This document shows, in pieces, positions 26,812 to 41,068 of a stretch of DNA of 64,000 nucleotides (the first letter of the stretch is position 1; each line of letters opens with the position of its first letter). A program made the position numbers and the translations under genes. This DNA is from Octopus vulgaris (Eukaryota). The notes below the pieces were generated by a model, which was given only the letters and a program-made list of their open reading frames with translations, was not told the origin of the DNA and made no database searches. The stretch lies in contig OX597818.1 of the NCBI GenBank assembly GCA_951406725.2, positions 74,028,001 to 74,092,000 on the forward strand. Reading direction: 5' to 3'.

Positions 26812-28012
26812 TATTACCAAATGATCTTAAACTTAGACCGATAATAGCAGGCCCAGCATGTGAAACTCACCGCCTCAGCAATTTCTTAGACACACTTCTT
26901 AAGCCTTTCCTAAAGCACATCAAAAGCTACGTAAGAGACGATATAGACATGCTTAACCACCTCCCAAAAACAGTCAATGAGAAAACCCTTCTAGTATCCT
27001 TCGACGTAATTAACCTTTATTCAAACATCCCTCACACCCTAGGAATAGAAGCGATCACTTTCTGGCTAAATAACTACTCCTTTGAACTCCCAACTCGCAT
27101 AAATAAAGAACTTATAATAGAAGGACTTAGATTTATTTTAGAAAACAATTACTTTATTTTTGACAATAATTTCTACAGACAAAGATCGGGAACAGCGATG
27201 GGCACGCGCACTGCGCCTTCTTTTGCCAACCTCGTGATGAGATACCTCGAGAAAATACTCTACCAGATAACACTCGAGAAATATGGAAACACCTTCTCCA
27301 CCTATATCCAGAACAACTGGAAAAGATACCTCGACGACTGCTTTATCCTCTGGGATAAAAGTATAGAGAAACTTGAGGAATTTAAAATACTATTTAATGG
27401 TATAAATGATAATATACAGTTCACGATGGATCATAACGAAGAAGAATTACCATTTTTAAACATCCTCATTAAGAAAGCCGGCAACAAAATAGAGACAGAT
27501 ATCTATTATAAACCGACAGAGTCCAAGCAGTTTCTACCCTTTGATTCATGCCACCCAAGACACACTAGAATAAATGTCCCTTTGTGTTTAGCTAGAAGGA
27601 TTTGCACCATAATATCAGACACAAACACCCGACACACACGTCTCCAGGAACTTAGAACTACACTCATAAATAGAAATTATCCACAGCCCCTAATAGACAG
27701 TGCAATCCAACGGGCGCTTAAATTAAGTATAGAAGACCTGAGACAAACAAAACCAAGAAAGAAAGAAAAATTAAAAACCCTTCCCTACATCTCTACACAC
27801 AACCCACTTAACAATGAGGCCTTCAGCACCATACTACAAAGCACAGCCCTACTAAAGGGAGACCCAAAGATGAACCGGATCCTCGAAACACACACCATTA
27901 TTAAAAGTAAACGGCAACCAAAATCCTTGAAAAGGATTTTAACCCAAGCTAAACTGCACTCAACATCAACCACAAAACCAGCAGTTAGAAAATGTGGAAA
28001 GCCCAACTGCGG
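26810..28012 (+). mobile_element. Penelope-like element (Neptune-type) RT + thumb, truncated just before GIY-YIG
   Basis: Frame LKLRPIIAGP..., SFDVINLYSNIPH, GTAMGTRTAPSFANL, WKRYLDDCF, LPFLNI, IYYKPT, SCHPRH, ending at CGKPNCG. Inserted next to (TA)n. Confidence 0.92.
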
Positions 28013-28043
28013 TGTGAGAATTAAAATAGTAAAAAAGGGTTGA
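26949..28043 (+). CDS. PLE reverse transcriptase fragment, 364 aa open frame (homology extends upstream to ~26812)
   Basis: ORF track and RT motifs as above. Confidence 0.8.
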   Translation: MLNHLPKTVNEKTLLVSFDVINLYSNIPHTLGIEAITFWLNNYSFELPTRINKELIIEGLRFILENNYFIFDNNFYRQRSGTAMGTRTAPSFANLVMRYLEKILYQITLEKYGNTFSTYIQNNWKRYLDDCFILWDKSIEKLEEFKILFNGINDNIQFTMDHNEEELPFLNILIKKAGNKIETDIYYKPTESKQFLPFDSCHPRHTRINVPLCLARRICTIISDTNTRHTRLQELRTTLINRNYPQPLIDSAIQRALKLSIEDLRQTKPRKKEKLKTLPYISTHNPLNNEAFSTILQSTALLKGDPKMNRILETHTIIKSKRQPKSLKRILTQAKLHSTSTTKPAVRKCGKPNCGVRIKIVKKG

Positions 28044-28770
28044 GGTGGGGGGTAATTACAGTTTCTCAGATCTTTAAACAGTCGCTTCCGCTTGCAGTGG
28101 TATGTTTTAGGAAAAGAGGAATTTATGAAAAAAAAAAATTTTTTTCTGCGAGCAGATCTGATTTTGATTCGTTAAAAAATTGATGACGTTTTTCTTCCGT
28201 GGTCAAGCTTGTCGTTCTGCTTGGTTGGTTTCCTTGCAGGATACAGTTATAGATCGTTCCGGTTCGTTGGTTCTCTTAAAGGGTCTTTTCATTGTATTAG
28301 TTGAAGTTTGGTTTGATTGGTTTGGAATTATGTGACGTCAGTGAACAGTGCCAATGAACAGTGTCACTACTATTGCTGCTACGATCAACAGTCCTCAACT
28401 GCTGCAGCTGCTACGGCCACAGCTTAACTGCTACAACCCCAACCACCACCAAGCTTGCCAAAATTACGATCAACAGTAACTGCTGCTACTGCCATCTGCT
28501 GCTAGGACAGCCACAACCAATAAGCTACTGCGACCCCAACCACCACCACGGTTATTACTAGTACGACCAACAATCACTACTGCTACCACCTTTCCATTGG
28601 AACACAAGGAAACAAAAAAACGGTTCCTTTTAATACCAGCAAGAAACAATAATGAACTTCTTTACTACACTCAACTGTAATATAGTGATTATACCAACTA
28701 CCGACAAAACACCATGGATTCCATTGAGACCAGTAAGAAACGATTATGAACTTTTCTATCGCACTTTTTA

Positions 28771-28820
28771 AAATTTTTTTGATAAGATTCGCTTTTTCAA
28801 GAACCGAAACATGTAAAATT
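28771..28820 (+). ncRNA. Degenerate minimal type I hammerhead (PLE pLTR)
   Basis: ttt (u)UGAU(a)A gauuc-gcuuuuucaa-gaacc GAAAC-AU-GUA aaa. Palindromic ACAUGU stem III; two core substitutions. Confidence 0.45.
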
Positions 28821-28873
28821 CATAAGAAAATTAAAATTTATCTAATATAGTGGCGTTTTCAAACTTCTTGTTT

Positions 28874-28929
<56 letters not shown>

Positions 28930-28932
<3 letters not shown>

Positions 28933-29158
28933 TCTTTATTACCCACAAGGGGCTAAACACAGAGGGGACAAACAGGGACAGACAAAGGGATTAAGTCGAT
29001 TACATCGACCTCAGTGCGAAACTGGTACTTTATTTATCGACCCCGAAAGGATGAAAGGCAAAGTCAACCTCGGCGGAATTTGAACTCAGAACGTAACGAC
29101 AGACGAAATACTGCTTGGCATTTTGCCCGGCGTGCTAACGATTCTGCCAGCTTGCCGC
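28930..29158 (-). mobile_element. SINE family B, well preserved
   Basis: Reverse complement begins gcggcaagctggcagaatcgttagcacgccgggc, with B-box-like gagttcaaattcc. Confidence 0.85.
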
Positions 29159-29189
29159 ATTATATACATATATATATATATATGTATAT

Positions 29190-29350
29190 ATACGACGTGT
29201 GTCTTCCAGTTTCTGTCTACCAAATCCAATCACAAGGCTTTGGTCGGCACGAGTCTACAGTAAAAGATACTTGCCCACGGTGCCACACTGTGGAATTGAA
29301 CCTGGAACTATGTGTTTGGGAACCAAGCTTTTACCACACGGCCGCGCAGT
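29190..29350 (-). mobile_element. SINE family A head
   Basis: Reverse complement of the family A head (gtgtggtaa..gcttggttcccaaacac...ggcaagtatctt). Confidence 0.75.
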
Positions 29351-29361
29351 AAGTATATATA

Positions 29362-30056
29362 CAGGATGCGGTGAATAAATTGTCGTATATATTACGCAGA
29401 AATGAAAATAGCACTGACATCACATTTTAACATATATATTTACCAAAATTACATAGAAATATCTTGAAATTAGCTTCAATCATAATTCGGATTCTCCTGG
29501 AACGCTTCTGGACGGCCTCTTTATTTAAGTTGATGAACGCTGCCATAATACTTACCTTCAGTTCGTCTTTGGTATTACAAGATGTTTTGTTGGCCTCTTG
29601 CTCAATTGTGCTCCACATGGACAGTTAGGTGACCAGATTTTAGGGGTGATGTGGTCGCAGAAATTGTCTGACAGACATGACTGGAGACTGGTGCTTCTGT
29701 GACATGGTGCAGAGTCATGTTGACAGACATAAGATCTTTCATAAGTTACCCAGGTTGCACTACCTCCTCCAGGCACTTGATGTATGCCTCCGTGTTGAGT
29801 GTGAGGCCGTGTGGGAATATGAATAGAGGCATAACGTCGCCATCACTAGTGGTCACTCCAAACACCATGATGTTGACTGGATGTATGATATTTATCACTC
29901 TAGCAGATAGCATTGCGTCATGGGGCAGTTTTTCTCACTGACGGTGACCAAGTGACGCTATTACACTGTGTAGTCGACAAAATCAAAAACAAACAATGCA
30001 CATGAGCGAAATTTAAAATATATAAAAAATTGCGACAATTTACACATCGCAATATA
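29362..30056 (-). mobile_element. Tc1/mariner (maT/DD37D-like) transposon, internally deleted, both TIRs present
   Basis: IMVFGVTTSDG..P.FIFPHGL..NTEAYI; QHDSAPCH; IWSPNCP. TIRs caggatgcggtgaataaattgtcg and cgacaatttacacatcgca, flanked by TA. Confidence 0.8.
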
Positions 30057-30090
30057 TATATATGTATACACAAACATACTCACACACACA

Positions 30091-30142
<52 letters not shown>

Positions 30143-30250
30143 AACGCGGTAAGCATGTGTTTATGTATGCGTATCTTCGCAGACGTGGATATGTGGAAAG
30201 AGGTTTGCTTTCCAACCGCCTTCTGAGTGTATTTGGTCCCTGGATGTACT

Positions 30251-30296
<46 letters not shown>

Positions 30297-30879
30297 TGTG
30301 TGTGTGTATTATATGATGTATGCATAAGAAACAGGCATACATATACTCATATATATTTGCAAAGGAGTGTGAGTGTACCGATATTGCTAAACTTCTTGCG
30401 ACAGTATTATTCAATAATAAAATATTACGCTAATCGGAGGATGAAATACTCTCCAGAAGAATGAGTTGCCCATAATTCCTAGATTATCGATGGTTAGTCA
30501 AGCATAAATTTTCTTAATTCAGGTTATGAAATCTCGGTGTACTTTCAGCAGCTGCTATACAAAATGTCCGTGTATATATATTATAACTTAAACCGAAAAA
30601 GTAATCTTGGGTCAATATTTATTTAGGTTTTTTTTTCGTGTTTGTAACGATATTTTTGTTTTATTTTTGAAAGTTAACTAGCATCCTCCATACTTTTTAA
30701 TGTCAGTATAACGTTGTATCATGATTGTGACGTGCACTGAGTATGTACGCAACACTATCGAGTACATTACACTCCATGGCCCCTTCTTCCCAGTGAAAAA
30801 TGTTTCGAGCTTCCCTATACGCTATCCGGATAACTTGGAAAACAATGAACAAAATTTATATACATACAAAATTTACACA

Positions 30880-30917
<38 letters not shown>

Positions 30918-31200
30918 TGCACACAAACACACTCATACAAACATAGAAGTGCATGGGCATCTGTATACATGTTTATGTCAAGTTAAAGATAAAAATAATT
31001 TAACTTTACACTAAAGGATTACTCTGAACAAATCCCAGGACTTATTCCTTGTAAGCCTAGTACGTTTTCAATCAGTCTCTTTTGTCAAACTGCTATGTAA
31101 CGGGAATATAAACACAGGCACACAAATATTTACGTAAATATATATTGTTGTATTTAGGAATGGTCATTTTGCTAGTTTAGCCAATATATGCACATTTACT

Positions 31201-31265
<65 letters not shown>

Positions 31266-31284
31266 ACAAAGCGTACATACGCCG

Positions 31285-31334
<50 letters not shown>

Positions 31335-31563
31335 CGTCGTACGTACACTTTGTTCTCTCATACGTAAGTACACATTTCACTAAATTTCGGCGATATTCTT
31401 CCCTGTGTTCGTGAAAGTTTTGCGAGGATGATCCGGTTCTTGAATGAGGATAAAAGGCTTCGAATGGCCCATCCTTTTCTTTTAGTATCGTCTATCTGGA
31501 TGTTTTGTTGTCCCTTTTTGTATCACCTAGTTATATTTTACGTTCTTGTCCCATTTTGTATTT

Positions 31564-31680
<117 letters not shown>

Positions 31681-31899
31681 TATAAGCTGCTAGCCACGTG
31701 GCTGAGTGGTTAGAAGCTTGCTTACCAACCCCCTTGTGAGTGTATTTTGGTAGATGGAAACTGTAAGTATCCCGTTATATAAATAAATATATACAACGCG
31801 ATTCTTCCAGTTTCCATTTACCAAATCAGCTCACAGGGCTTTAGTCGGCCCGTGGCTGTAATAGAAGACACTTGCCCAAGGTGCCGCGCAGTTACTATG

Positions 31900-32550
31900 G
31901 GAAATGGAACAAAAAATTTTGACAATGTTTTAGAGAAATAAAAATTTACAATGTTGTATATTATCAAATAGCTAGAATGGTTATGTGAGAGAGTACAGTC
32001 TAGTGGTTAGGGTGTTGCTCTCATGATATCATGATTCAGGTTTTATGTCCCTGTCGGCGTGGTGCGTTTGTTCTTGAGCAAAGCGCTTCATCTCATATAG
32101 CTGTGCAATCGCTTGAACACCCGACGTGCGGTACACCCAGCACCTTTAAACCTGACGTTAGTGATGAACAAGGTGAACGATTCCATCAGGACATCAAGGA
32201 GATGGAAATTCGGTACCAAGGACGTTTGCACGCTGTAATGACGGCAGACTATTGCTGGTGTTTTAAGACGAGATACTCCTGTTGCTCAGCATTCACGGTG
32301 TACAAAGAAACGTAAATTTATTCCTTGAATTTTCTACCAAAAATCTGTGCATTTTCAATTTTGAATTTTTATTTGTACTTTGTTTTGTTTTGTGCTACGC
32401 TCACTTTATTGATTCATATTATATGCCTTACCAGGTCTAGTCAGAAAACTAGACTTGATATAGAAAATCTGAACCTAGAAAGGCAAAATCACTTGAGAAT
32501 TCGTTGAATGTTCCAGGCACCAGACAAAAAGAAGATTTTGTTGCCCAGTG
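31900..32550 (+). mobile_element. Chapaev3-like (CMC) DNA transposon relic interrupted by a family C SINE (31990-32145)
   Basis: VSDEQGERFHQDIKEMEIRYQGR..MTADYCW motif. The right end ttttgttgcccagtg is the reverse complement of a CACTGGGCAACAAAA TIR. Confidence 0.7.
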
Positions 32551-32555
32551 TTATA

Positions 32556-32787
<232 letters not shown>

Positions 32788-33926
32788 ATAGAAAACGTTG
32801 ATAGTATTGGGATGAAAATTATTTACTTAGCATTTTGTCCCTTTCGTGGATTCGTCATAAAGTTTGAACCACGCCTTCTCAATTTGTAATGGCCCATTTT
32901 ATGAAGAGATGGATTTCACCGAATCGCAATATAATGCTTTTCACATTTACATCTTGTGACATAAAATAGTAAATAAAGGCCTTACAGTAATTGAAAATCT
33001 ATCTCCCGTTCTCAAAGAATGTAATACAATAAAAGGATTCATTCTTAGTCTTATACTGCAATATTGAAAGTACTGTCTTCTCCCACCCATCCTTATTTTC
33101 ATTATATATTTTCTCATTACGTTTTCCATCAGTTCCTTCCTAGAAGGCCCAATTTTCTGTATTATGACTTAACCTTCGTATTTTCACTGATAATCTTCAA
33201 TACTATTTCACCTGAGTTCCAAATTGATATAACGTAAAATGCTCCTAGACTGTATTATTTTGTCTTATAATACTTTGACGCCTAAATAAATGGAACAATC
33301 GCTAACACTAACATCTTCGGGCATATTATTGTAATTTCTCAATTCCCAATTAAACAAGTCATACATCTTTCAATAGATTAGTTTCTTTCATTTTTACTCT
33401 TTTTCTTTTCCTATTATCTATTAATTTCAGATATATCTATTAAGAAAATAACATCATACATTTTTTTCATACTGTTTCTTAAAGGAATTTTGTTTTCGAA
33501 ACGTTTACTTTTATTTACTTATATTCTATGTACACATTATCTCAAGAATGTAACCAGGAAAATATTTCTTTTTACAGTCAACGGACTGCGGGAAAATATT
33601 TCTCCGTCAAGTGTATAAGAAGATATGATCACTAAACACGACTTTTCAAAATACGATATGAGTAGGAATATTCGTTTCAATTTATGTTTGTTAATGATAT
33701 TATGTTAATGGTGTAATTATTGTATGATTATTGTGTAGTCATTGCATTGTATTGGTCTTGATTTTCTTGTTAGTATTCTCTTTTGTAATATACTAATTGA
33801 TGGTACTTTCATTTTGTAGATACTATAAGTTAGAAATCTGTATTGTATTTTATGTGCACGTATTTATCAATCTACCTCTGCTTTTCTATCTCTCTCTCTC
33901 TCTCACTCACTATTTCTCCCCCGATC

Positions 33927-33993
<67 letters not shown>

Positions 33994-34409
33994 ATATATA
34001 TATATACACGCACACATAAAAATTATATATACATATGTATATGTATATGTGTGTGTATATGTGTGCTTGTATCTATTTATATATTATAATTGTCATCAAA
34101 AATGACAGAGGGTGTTAAAAACACCTGCAATTCTAGAAATGAGAGCTAAAGTATTCTGATGCTGCAGTCAACGCACATAATTGTATGCATACACGCTGAC
34201 ACCGGCCGTAAACGGCCGAAATCACCTGTTGTAATAACCCTACACCGTCGACAATAGCCATTACTAGAAAACAGAGTTCGCCAGGTAGTTGGCTCTTGAC
34301 ACAAGCGATTTTATGCAATTCCTCTCCCCACATTGCTGAAATTTCACCTGAATTGAAACTATGACCGTGTAAAATAGGGCATCAGTGAAATGAAACCACC
34401 TTCATGATA

Positions 34410-35128
34410 TTGGGTCATCTCATAAATAATGCGGTTTTTATACTTCTTTAATTTTTCAAAATTAAAATAAACAAAGTTATTTTTTAATCTAAATTATACT
34501 CTCCTTCATTTTCTACAATGCTCTTCTATCTATCTAGTAGGCTTGCAAGACCCCTCTTCTAAAATTTATTTGTGTAGTGACCAGAAATACTCCTCCAGTA
34601 CTGTTCTGATATCTCGTCTACAGAATTCATATTTTTTCCGTCCAAATGATTTTCAAGACTGCGGAATTAATGATAACCAGATGGGACAATGTCCAGCGAA
34701 TATGGTGAGTAGGACATCATTTCCCATTCAAACTGCACCAGCCTTTCGAATGTCATCTTCACTGTATGTAGCCGAGCATTATCCTGATGGAAGAACACCT
34801 TTCGTCTTGAAAGCAAAGGTGGTCGTTTTTCTTCTAGCGCTAACTTAAGCCGAACAAGCTTCTCGCAGTAGATCTTTGTTATCGTTTTGTTTAGGTTTAA
34901 AAGTTTAAAGTGAGCTAAACCTTTCATATCTCACCAAACAGATAACAACACCTTGCGTGGGTGAATACATTGTTTAGACTGAGGTGACATTTGTATAGAG
35001 AACCTATTTCTCATCACCAGTCACTATTCGGTCAAAAACAGGTTCATTCGTGAGACGTGACATCAAAGTAAAGCACACATCCACTAGCATCGGGCGATTA
35101 GACTCGGAAAATTTGCGAGGAACCCATT
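34410..35128 (-). mobile_element. mariner (DD34D) transposon, same family as 3690-4288
   Basis: WVPRKF, RIVTGDEK*, FFHQDNAR, YSPYSLDIVPSGYH. TIR ttgggtcatctcataaataatgcgg follows TA. Confidence 0.92.
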
Positions 35129-35829
35129 GAACGAATTTGATGATTTTTCCGATGACACGCAGGTGTCCATATCAAATGCGAGTGTGGCATTCAATATTAT
35201 ATATTTGACTTTATGTAGTACCAATGACCTTAGAATTATTGAAATAAGATTCACCACCTTTGTAAATTCATCCTCATTTACCACTTTATATATATCATGG
35301 CTAGATTTCGCAGTCAGTAAAGTTCATCCTTAATCACTTTTCATATAGGTTTGAGAGGGAAGTTTATAATCAAATGAGGACGTCACTTTATATCGTTGTG
35401 ATGTAAGTTCTTTGAGAAATATAGCATATACCATTAGCTAATGGTAGGAAACATAATTGTGAAAGGCCTTCCTTCCGTGCATCATTATAAATGCACCTAG
35501 CGCCCATTTTCGTATGTTGAGTTCTAACGAAATTTAATCTTTCGATCTGCAGTTTAGCAGATATTTCAACAAAATATTGGTCGATATAAATCTTAACAAT
35601 GTCGTAGTACAATGAATGTTGTATGAGGAGACATGCATAAAAATTATTGCATGCATCTTTGCAGGATTTCTGTTCTTTTTTTTTTTTTGTTCTTTTAATC
35701 TTATCCAGAGAATTTGTCTTCTTCATTAATAAGCACAATATGATACCTAAGGGTAACACAAGTCCTGTTTGCCTCCTTAACCTCTCAAGGTCTCCTCTTT
35801 CATTCCTTGTCATAAATTGTATTATATCA

Positions 35830-36500
35830 CCGCCACCACGCTGTATTGTCTAATTAAATTTTCGCCAGTATTTTCCGCTCCACACACAAGACTTTTATCA
35901 ACATAACTACCAATTTTTTATGTTCACTAAGTTACATATTTCTTCTCAATATATTTTGCCTTGCAGTTTTGAAATTGGGCGAAAGCCATGAAATTTCCTA
36001 TATCTATCTCCAGTTTTCTTGCTTAAATCACCGACAAAGAATAACTACAGAAGATTGGCATTCACTGGAAATTGAAATAAAGGAAAAATAATTGTGTTGC
36101 TCTTGTCTTACGCAGTGATAGATGTGGATTGTTATAAGGAAGTACTTGAGAGGCTGCAGTTATGTCTTTTAGCCTTACACCTAATAACTCAGAAGGCTCT
36201 AGCAACATTGTAAGATGAAACGTCCTACTTGAATTACACATTCCTCTTGCCTCTGTTTCTATATCTTTGCTCCACATTTGATTCATGATTGTTAGCATGT
36301 AAACATTAGTAAAAATATTTTAATGATGTTCATGAAAATTGAATCATAATGAGAAACTTCCCACATATCTTTATTTATTTATCTGATCTGATGTGCTTTG
36401 ATGTCGCCGTTTCTCTTCAAGTATCATCTATTCGTCTAGCATTCCTTCCTTTTGTTCAAGGCTATCAAGCTTGCGACATTTGGGCAACATATTGATTAAA
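35830..36500 (-). mobile_element. Possible highly decayed RTE LINE 3' relic
   Basis: Weak motifs only (LLGVRLKD.., RKYWRK). Confidence 0.3.
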
Positions 36501-36852
36501 TATTTTTTTATCAAATTACCTTTCTGTTGTCAACATCGTTGAAGAGAAGTATATATAAAGCATAGAGTATTACTGTGAGAGTGAAATAAGTCGTCTGCCG
36601 AAGATATTGAGTTGTGTTTAGCTTCAAATTATTTGCATAGGATAATTACTTCATGTGGTAATAAAATGGCGCTTGTTTGTAATTATATCGTTACAGATGC
36701 GTAGACACGCAATAAAAAACATACAGTCAACATGTATGGATGGATGTTTATAGATGTATTTATTTTTGTATAGATACAGGCATTTATACGTTCATGCCTA
36801 TGTGTGAGTCTAAGTGTGTGTATGTGTGTGTATATTCGTGCATGCATGTGCC

Positions 36853-36958
<106 letters not shown>

Positions 36959-37478
36959 CATATGTGTGTGTGTATCTGTGAGTGTATATCCATGTGTTTG
37001 CTTGCAAATTTTATGTAGAGAAGGTATTTAAGAGTACATTTAAATGTATCCTTCACCTTTGAAGATGAAGCAAGTTTATTTGCAAAATGCAACTAGTAAT
37101 TGACTTTGTAGAGGCTTTCCCAAATTATATTTGAATATGTATTGGCCGTGCTGAGTCTCTCTTTTCTAACGATCAAACTAAAATCAATGGTGTGCTCCTT
37201 ATATGAATATATCTTAGTTTGTTTATAAAATGACCATAGGCTTTTAATGAAGCAAAATGATAAAAATATATACACACCCTTGGATTTTATTGTCCTTTCC
37301 ATCTAATATATATCTGCTAACATGAGACCCTAATACAGATCCCTAGCTCTAGCCTCAGCTAGACCAATGATAGCACTTACTCAGCGTACCTATTTGTTTA
37401 GATCACCAGTGAATTAAACTCCTCATATTCTGTGTCTATACGTATATATGTGTGTGTAGATAGTTAGATAATAGATAC

Positions 37479-37549
<71 letters not shown>

Positions 37550-37999
37550 TACGTGGTTATTTAGCTGCTGCTGCTTACGGAGCAAAAGGAGAGAAAGAGA
37601 GAGAGTGATTACTCGAATACTGTGAGATTGCAGAGAGGGTGAATATATCTCCTCGGAGAAGAGAACCGCTTTTATGTTAATATTAAAATTTTATCCATAT
37701 TTTTTCTTATCGTGATAGGTCTTTAATGTTTCTATGTTTTCATAAAATGCTTATACACTTATATATATATTGGTGTATATGCATATATGTGACTGTGCAT
37801 AGATATACACATAAATACACGACACATATACGCGCACGCGGACGCAGATACACACGCACACGTATATCTCTCTCTCTATATATATATATATATAGAGAGA
37901 GAGATACATATATACGTGTGCGTGTGTAACTGCGTCCGCGTGCGCGTATATGTGTCGTATATTTATGTGTATATATATATATGTGTCGTGTAATTATGT

Positions 38000-38030
<31 letters not shown>

Positions 38031-38268
38031 CCAGTAATTTTTTTTTACAAGTTTATTTTGTCTCTCTGACTTTCTCTCCTAGTGCTATATGAACATTTCA
38101 TATAGTTTTAGAGTCAAGTTTTGGCTGGTATTTCCAGCGTGGTGGCATCTCTTAGATGCCCTGAATTTTAATTTCAGTAATAATTATTACCCTTGAAGTT
38201 TTTTATTCCCATGCTGGCCACCTGATAAGATCGGTATTTGATTAACGATTTTATCCTTATTTATATAA

Positions 38269-38326
<58 letters not shown>

Positions 38327-38477
38327 AACAATCTTATTTAGAAATGGATGCGTGAGTTCCGTCATATAATAAATTAATAAATAAATAAAACATATGTATG
38401 TATATATGCATATGTTTTATTTATTTATTAATTTATATATATATATATATATATATATGCATGTATGTATGTATTTA

Positions 38478-38700
38478 TTCTTAATTCTTTTTTCTTACTT
38501 GTTTCAGTCATTTGACTGTGGCCATGTTTGGTTTTAGTCGAGGGAATCGACCCCAAGACTTATACTTTGTAAGATTAGTACTTACTCTATCGGTCACTTT
38601 TGCTAAGTTTCGTGTACATAAACACACCTGCATCGGTTGTCAAGCGATGACGATGGACGAGGGAAACAAACACAGACATACAGACATACACACATAAATA
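38478..38700 (-). mobile_element. SINE family A 3' part
   Basis: acttgtttcagtcatttgactgtggccatg..aatcgaccccaagactt. Confidence 0.8.
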
Positions 38701-38710
38701 AATAAACACA

Positions 38711-38762
<52 letters not shown>

Positions 38763-40619
38763 AATATATCCCTTTCTGTAAAGTACTAAAATATGCATAC
38801 TTTTGTTGCGGAAATTTCAATCTGTTACTCATGAACGGAAAAATGCTGAAACAAAGGTAGATGTCTAGACCAAAAAATATTGATTGATGTTTCTAACATA
38901 AAATACACACAAACATACGAATTATGAACTGCATCAAATGAATTATTGTATTCCTTATATTATCTATTTCATCACAAGGAAGCAAAGTGAAAGCTTGATC
39001 GAACCAAACTGTTTCAAAAGTAAATTGTACAAGAATTAAGTAACAGAAATTACACAGCACACCTTTTTGTACTTTTCTTTGTTTTGTAGTTTGTTTCTTA
39101 TTGTTTGTTTTTTTCTGTAAGTAGTTATATACGCAGAACAATGTTGAAGTAGATTGAGGTGGATTTGTTAACCCATTGACGAGAGAGAGAGTTGATTTAC
39201 TTTTGGAACAGTTAAGTACGGTATAAGTTCATAGAAGAATGATTAAGCATGAAGCAGAATATTGAGAATCAAATGAACGTTTGTGTTTAATGAAATATTC
39301 TCCATTAGTACAAGTATTCACGTTAACTGATAAAGAAGATGTAAGCTGGAATAAAATAAAAGGTTCAAAAGAAATCAGAGATTACAAATGTCCAAGGAAT
39401 TTGGAACTGAAATTATTAGTTTCTGCCTTACATAAACCCGAACTATAAATAGACTCATATCGTTTATTTTCTCCGCAGTAACGTTCACAAGATCGAAATC
39501 TATAATTGGTTGTTGCACTGTTAATATCTAGGGATTTTGATAACCCACAATCCAGTGTAGTACTTGTAATTCACTAATTAAGAGATTAGTTCGTAATGTC
39601 CAAAATCTAATCAAATATCTCCGCAGCAAGCGAGGTTCTATCGGTTTGATGTCGTTAATCATAATGTCGAGTTAAGCAGGATATAGTGATTAGAGAAATG
39701 ATTCAGCAAAATTTAACAACGAAAATTCCCTCATGTGATAAAGGTCGTGTGATCGAGTGTGAGATGGATTAGTTTTTCGTTAATGCGACAAATCGATTTG
39801 CTTCGAGACGAAACAGTTTGACTAAACTCTTGCTCAACTGTTACATATTAAAACTGATATAAGGAAACTAATATACAATGTTTAATTTTCCCAGATTTAT
39901 GAAAAGAGAAAGAGAAGACGCAGAACTTAATTCTGGCAATTATTGTTGTCGATCACATATTAATCACAATCAGATTATATCTCAAGATCAATAGTTATCT
40001 GCATGAATCAAAGATAAAAAAAGAAACAAAAAGAGAAGAACAGAATCGGAGATTATGAAAACTTCACTCTGTATCAAAAAAAAAAAAAAACCACAGGCTA
40101 TTTTATATTTCATGAGACAACTTGAGTTCTGTCCTATTATTATGACTTTATAATTCACGTGGACATTATGAAACAATTCAGAATACAGGAAATTACTCGT
40201 ACATAAACACATTTACATTACAAATAATCTATGGAGCATAAACTGAGGGTTCAGTAACAGGGAAGTAAGAATATACTATCAACTATGACAGATTGGGTAA
40301 TACGTTCAGAAGATTAATATGCCTTTCAAAAATAATTGATCACGGATCGATTCCTTCAATCATATGTCTGGTCCATTACAGCTGTCTACATGACGGGAAT
40401 ATAAAATGCAATAGGTGAAGCCTACAGAGAGCAGCATCTGTATACATATATATGCTAATATAAGTAAGTACTCCAGTCTCTTTCTCTCTGTGATTGCATA
40501 ACGGGAAAAGAAAACATAATATACAACTCAAAATTAGAAGTATTTCAAAAAATAGATTATGGCTGTGAGATAACAGTATACCCAATGTAAACGTTTTCAG
40601 CTTTAACCACGCCCTCAAA

Positions 40620-41068
40620 ACTGCTCTTGAACGTGATACATACGTTCTTTACAGTGTCCACGGGAAGATATTTTAGCATCTACTTGATTTTAGCCACCAG
40701 CTCGGCTTTGGTGCTTCAGGCTAAGTGCTTCATGATTTTCTCAACCACGCCCAGGCATAGTAATCCATGGGATTGCAATTGGGTGAATCAGGAGGCCAAA
40801 AATTGGGGCTGGTGAATTCGTAGAAATTCTCCGTGTACCACATGCGAAATTTCCAGAGTTATGACAATGAGCTGAATCCTGCTGCCACAGATATGACCTA
40901 TAGCTTCACTTCTCTCCAGCCAGTGAATGACAAGATTTTCCAGCATCTTCACATTAGCGGTCGGAATTGACCCTAGACCCTGTTCAAATTAGTCATTGTG
41001 AAATCCGAAATGAAGACGCAGTTTCCATTAGAGCTGACAATGTCACATCTTACACAGATTTTACTCTG
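40620..41068 (-). mobile_element. Tc1/maT-like transposon relic
   Basis: Minus translation ENFYEFTSPNFWPPDSPNCNPMDYYAW. TIR-like end ...cttacacagattttactctg followed by TA. Confidence 0.75.

Noticed and set aside
36116-36209. Possible + strand exon (cttacgcag|...|gtaaga) with one open frame
   Set aside because: The peptide is not recognisable and the region looks more like an antisense LINE relic; no partner exons
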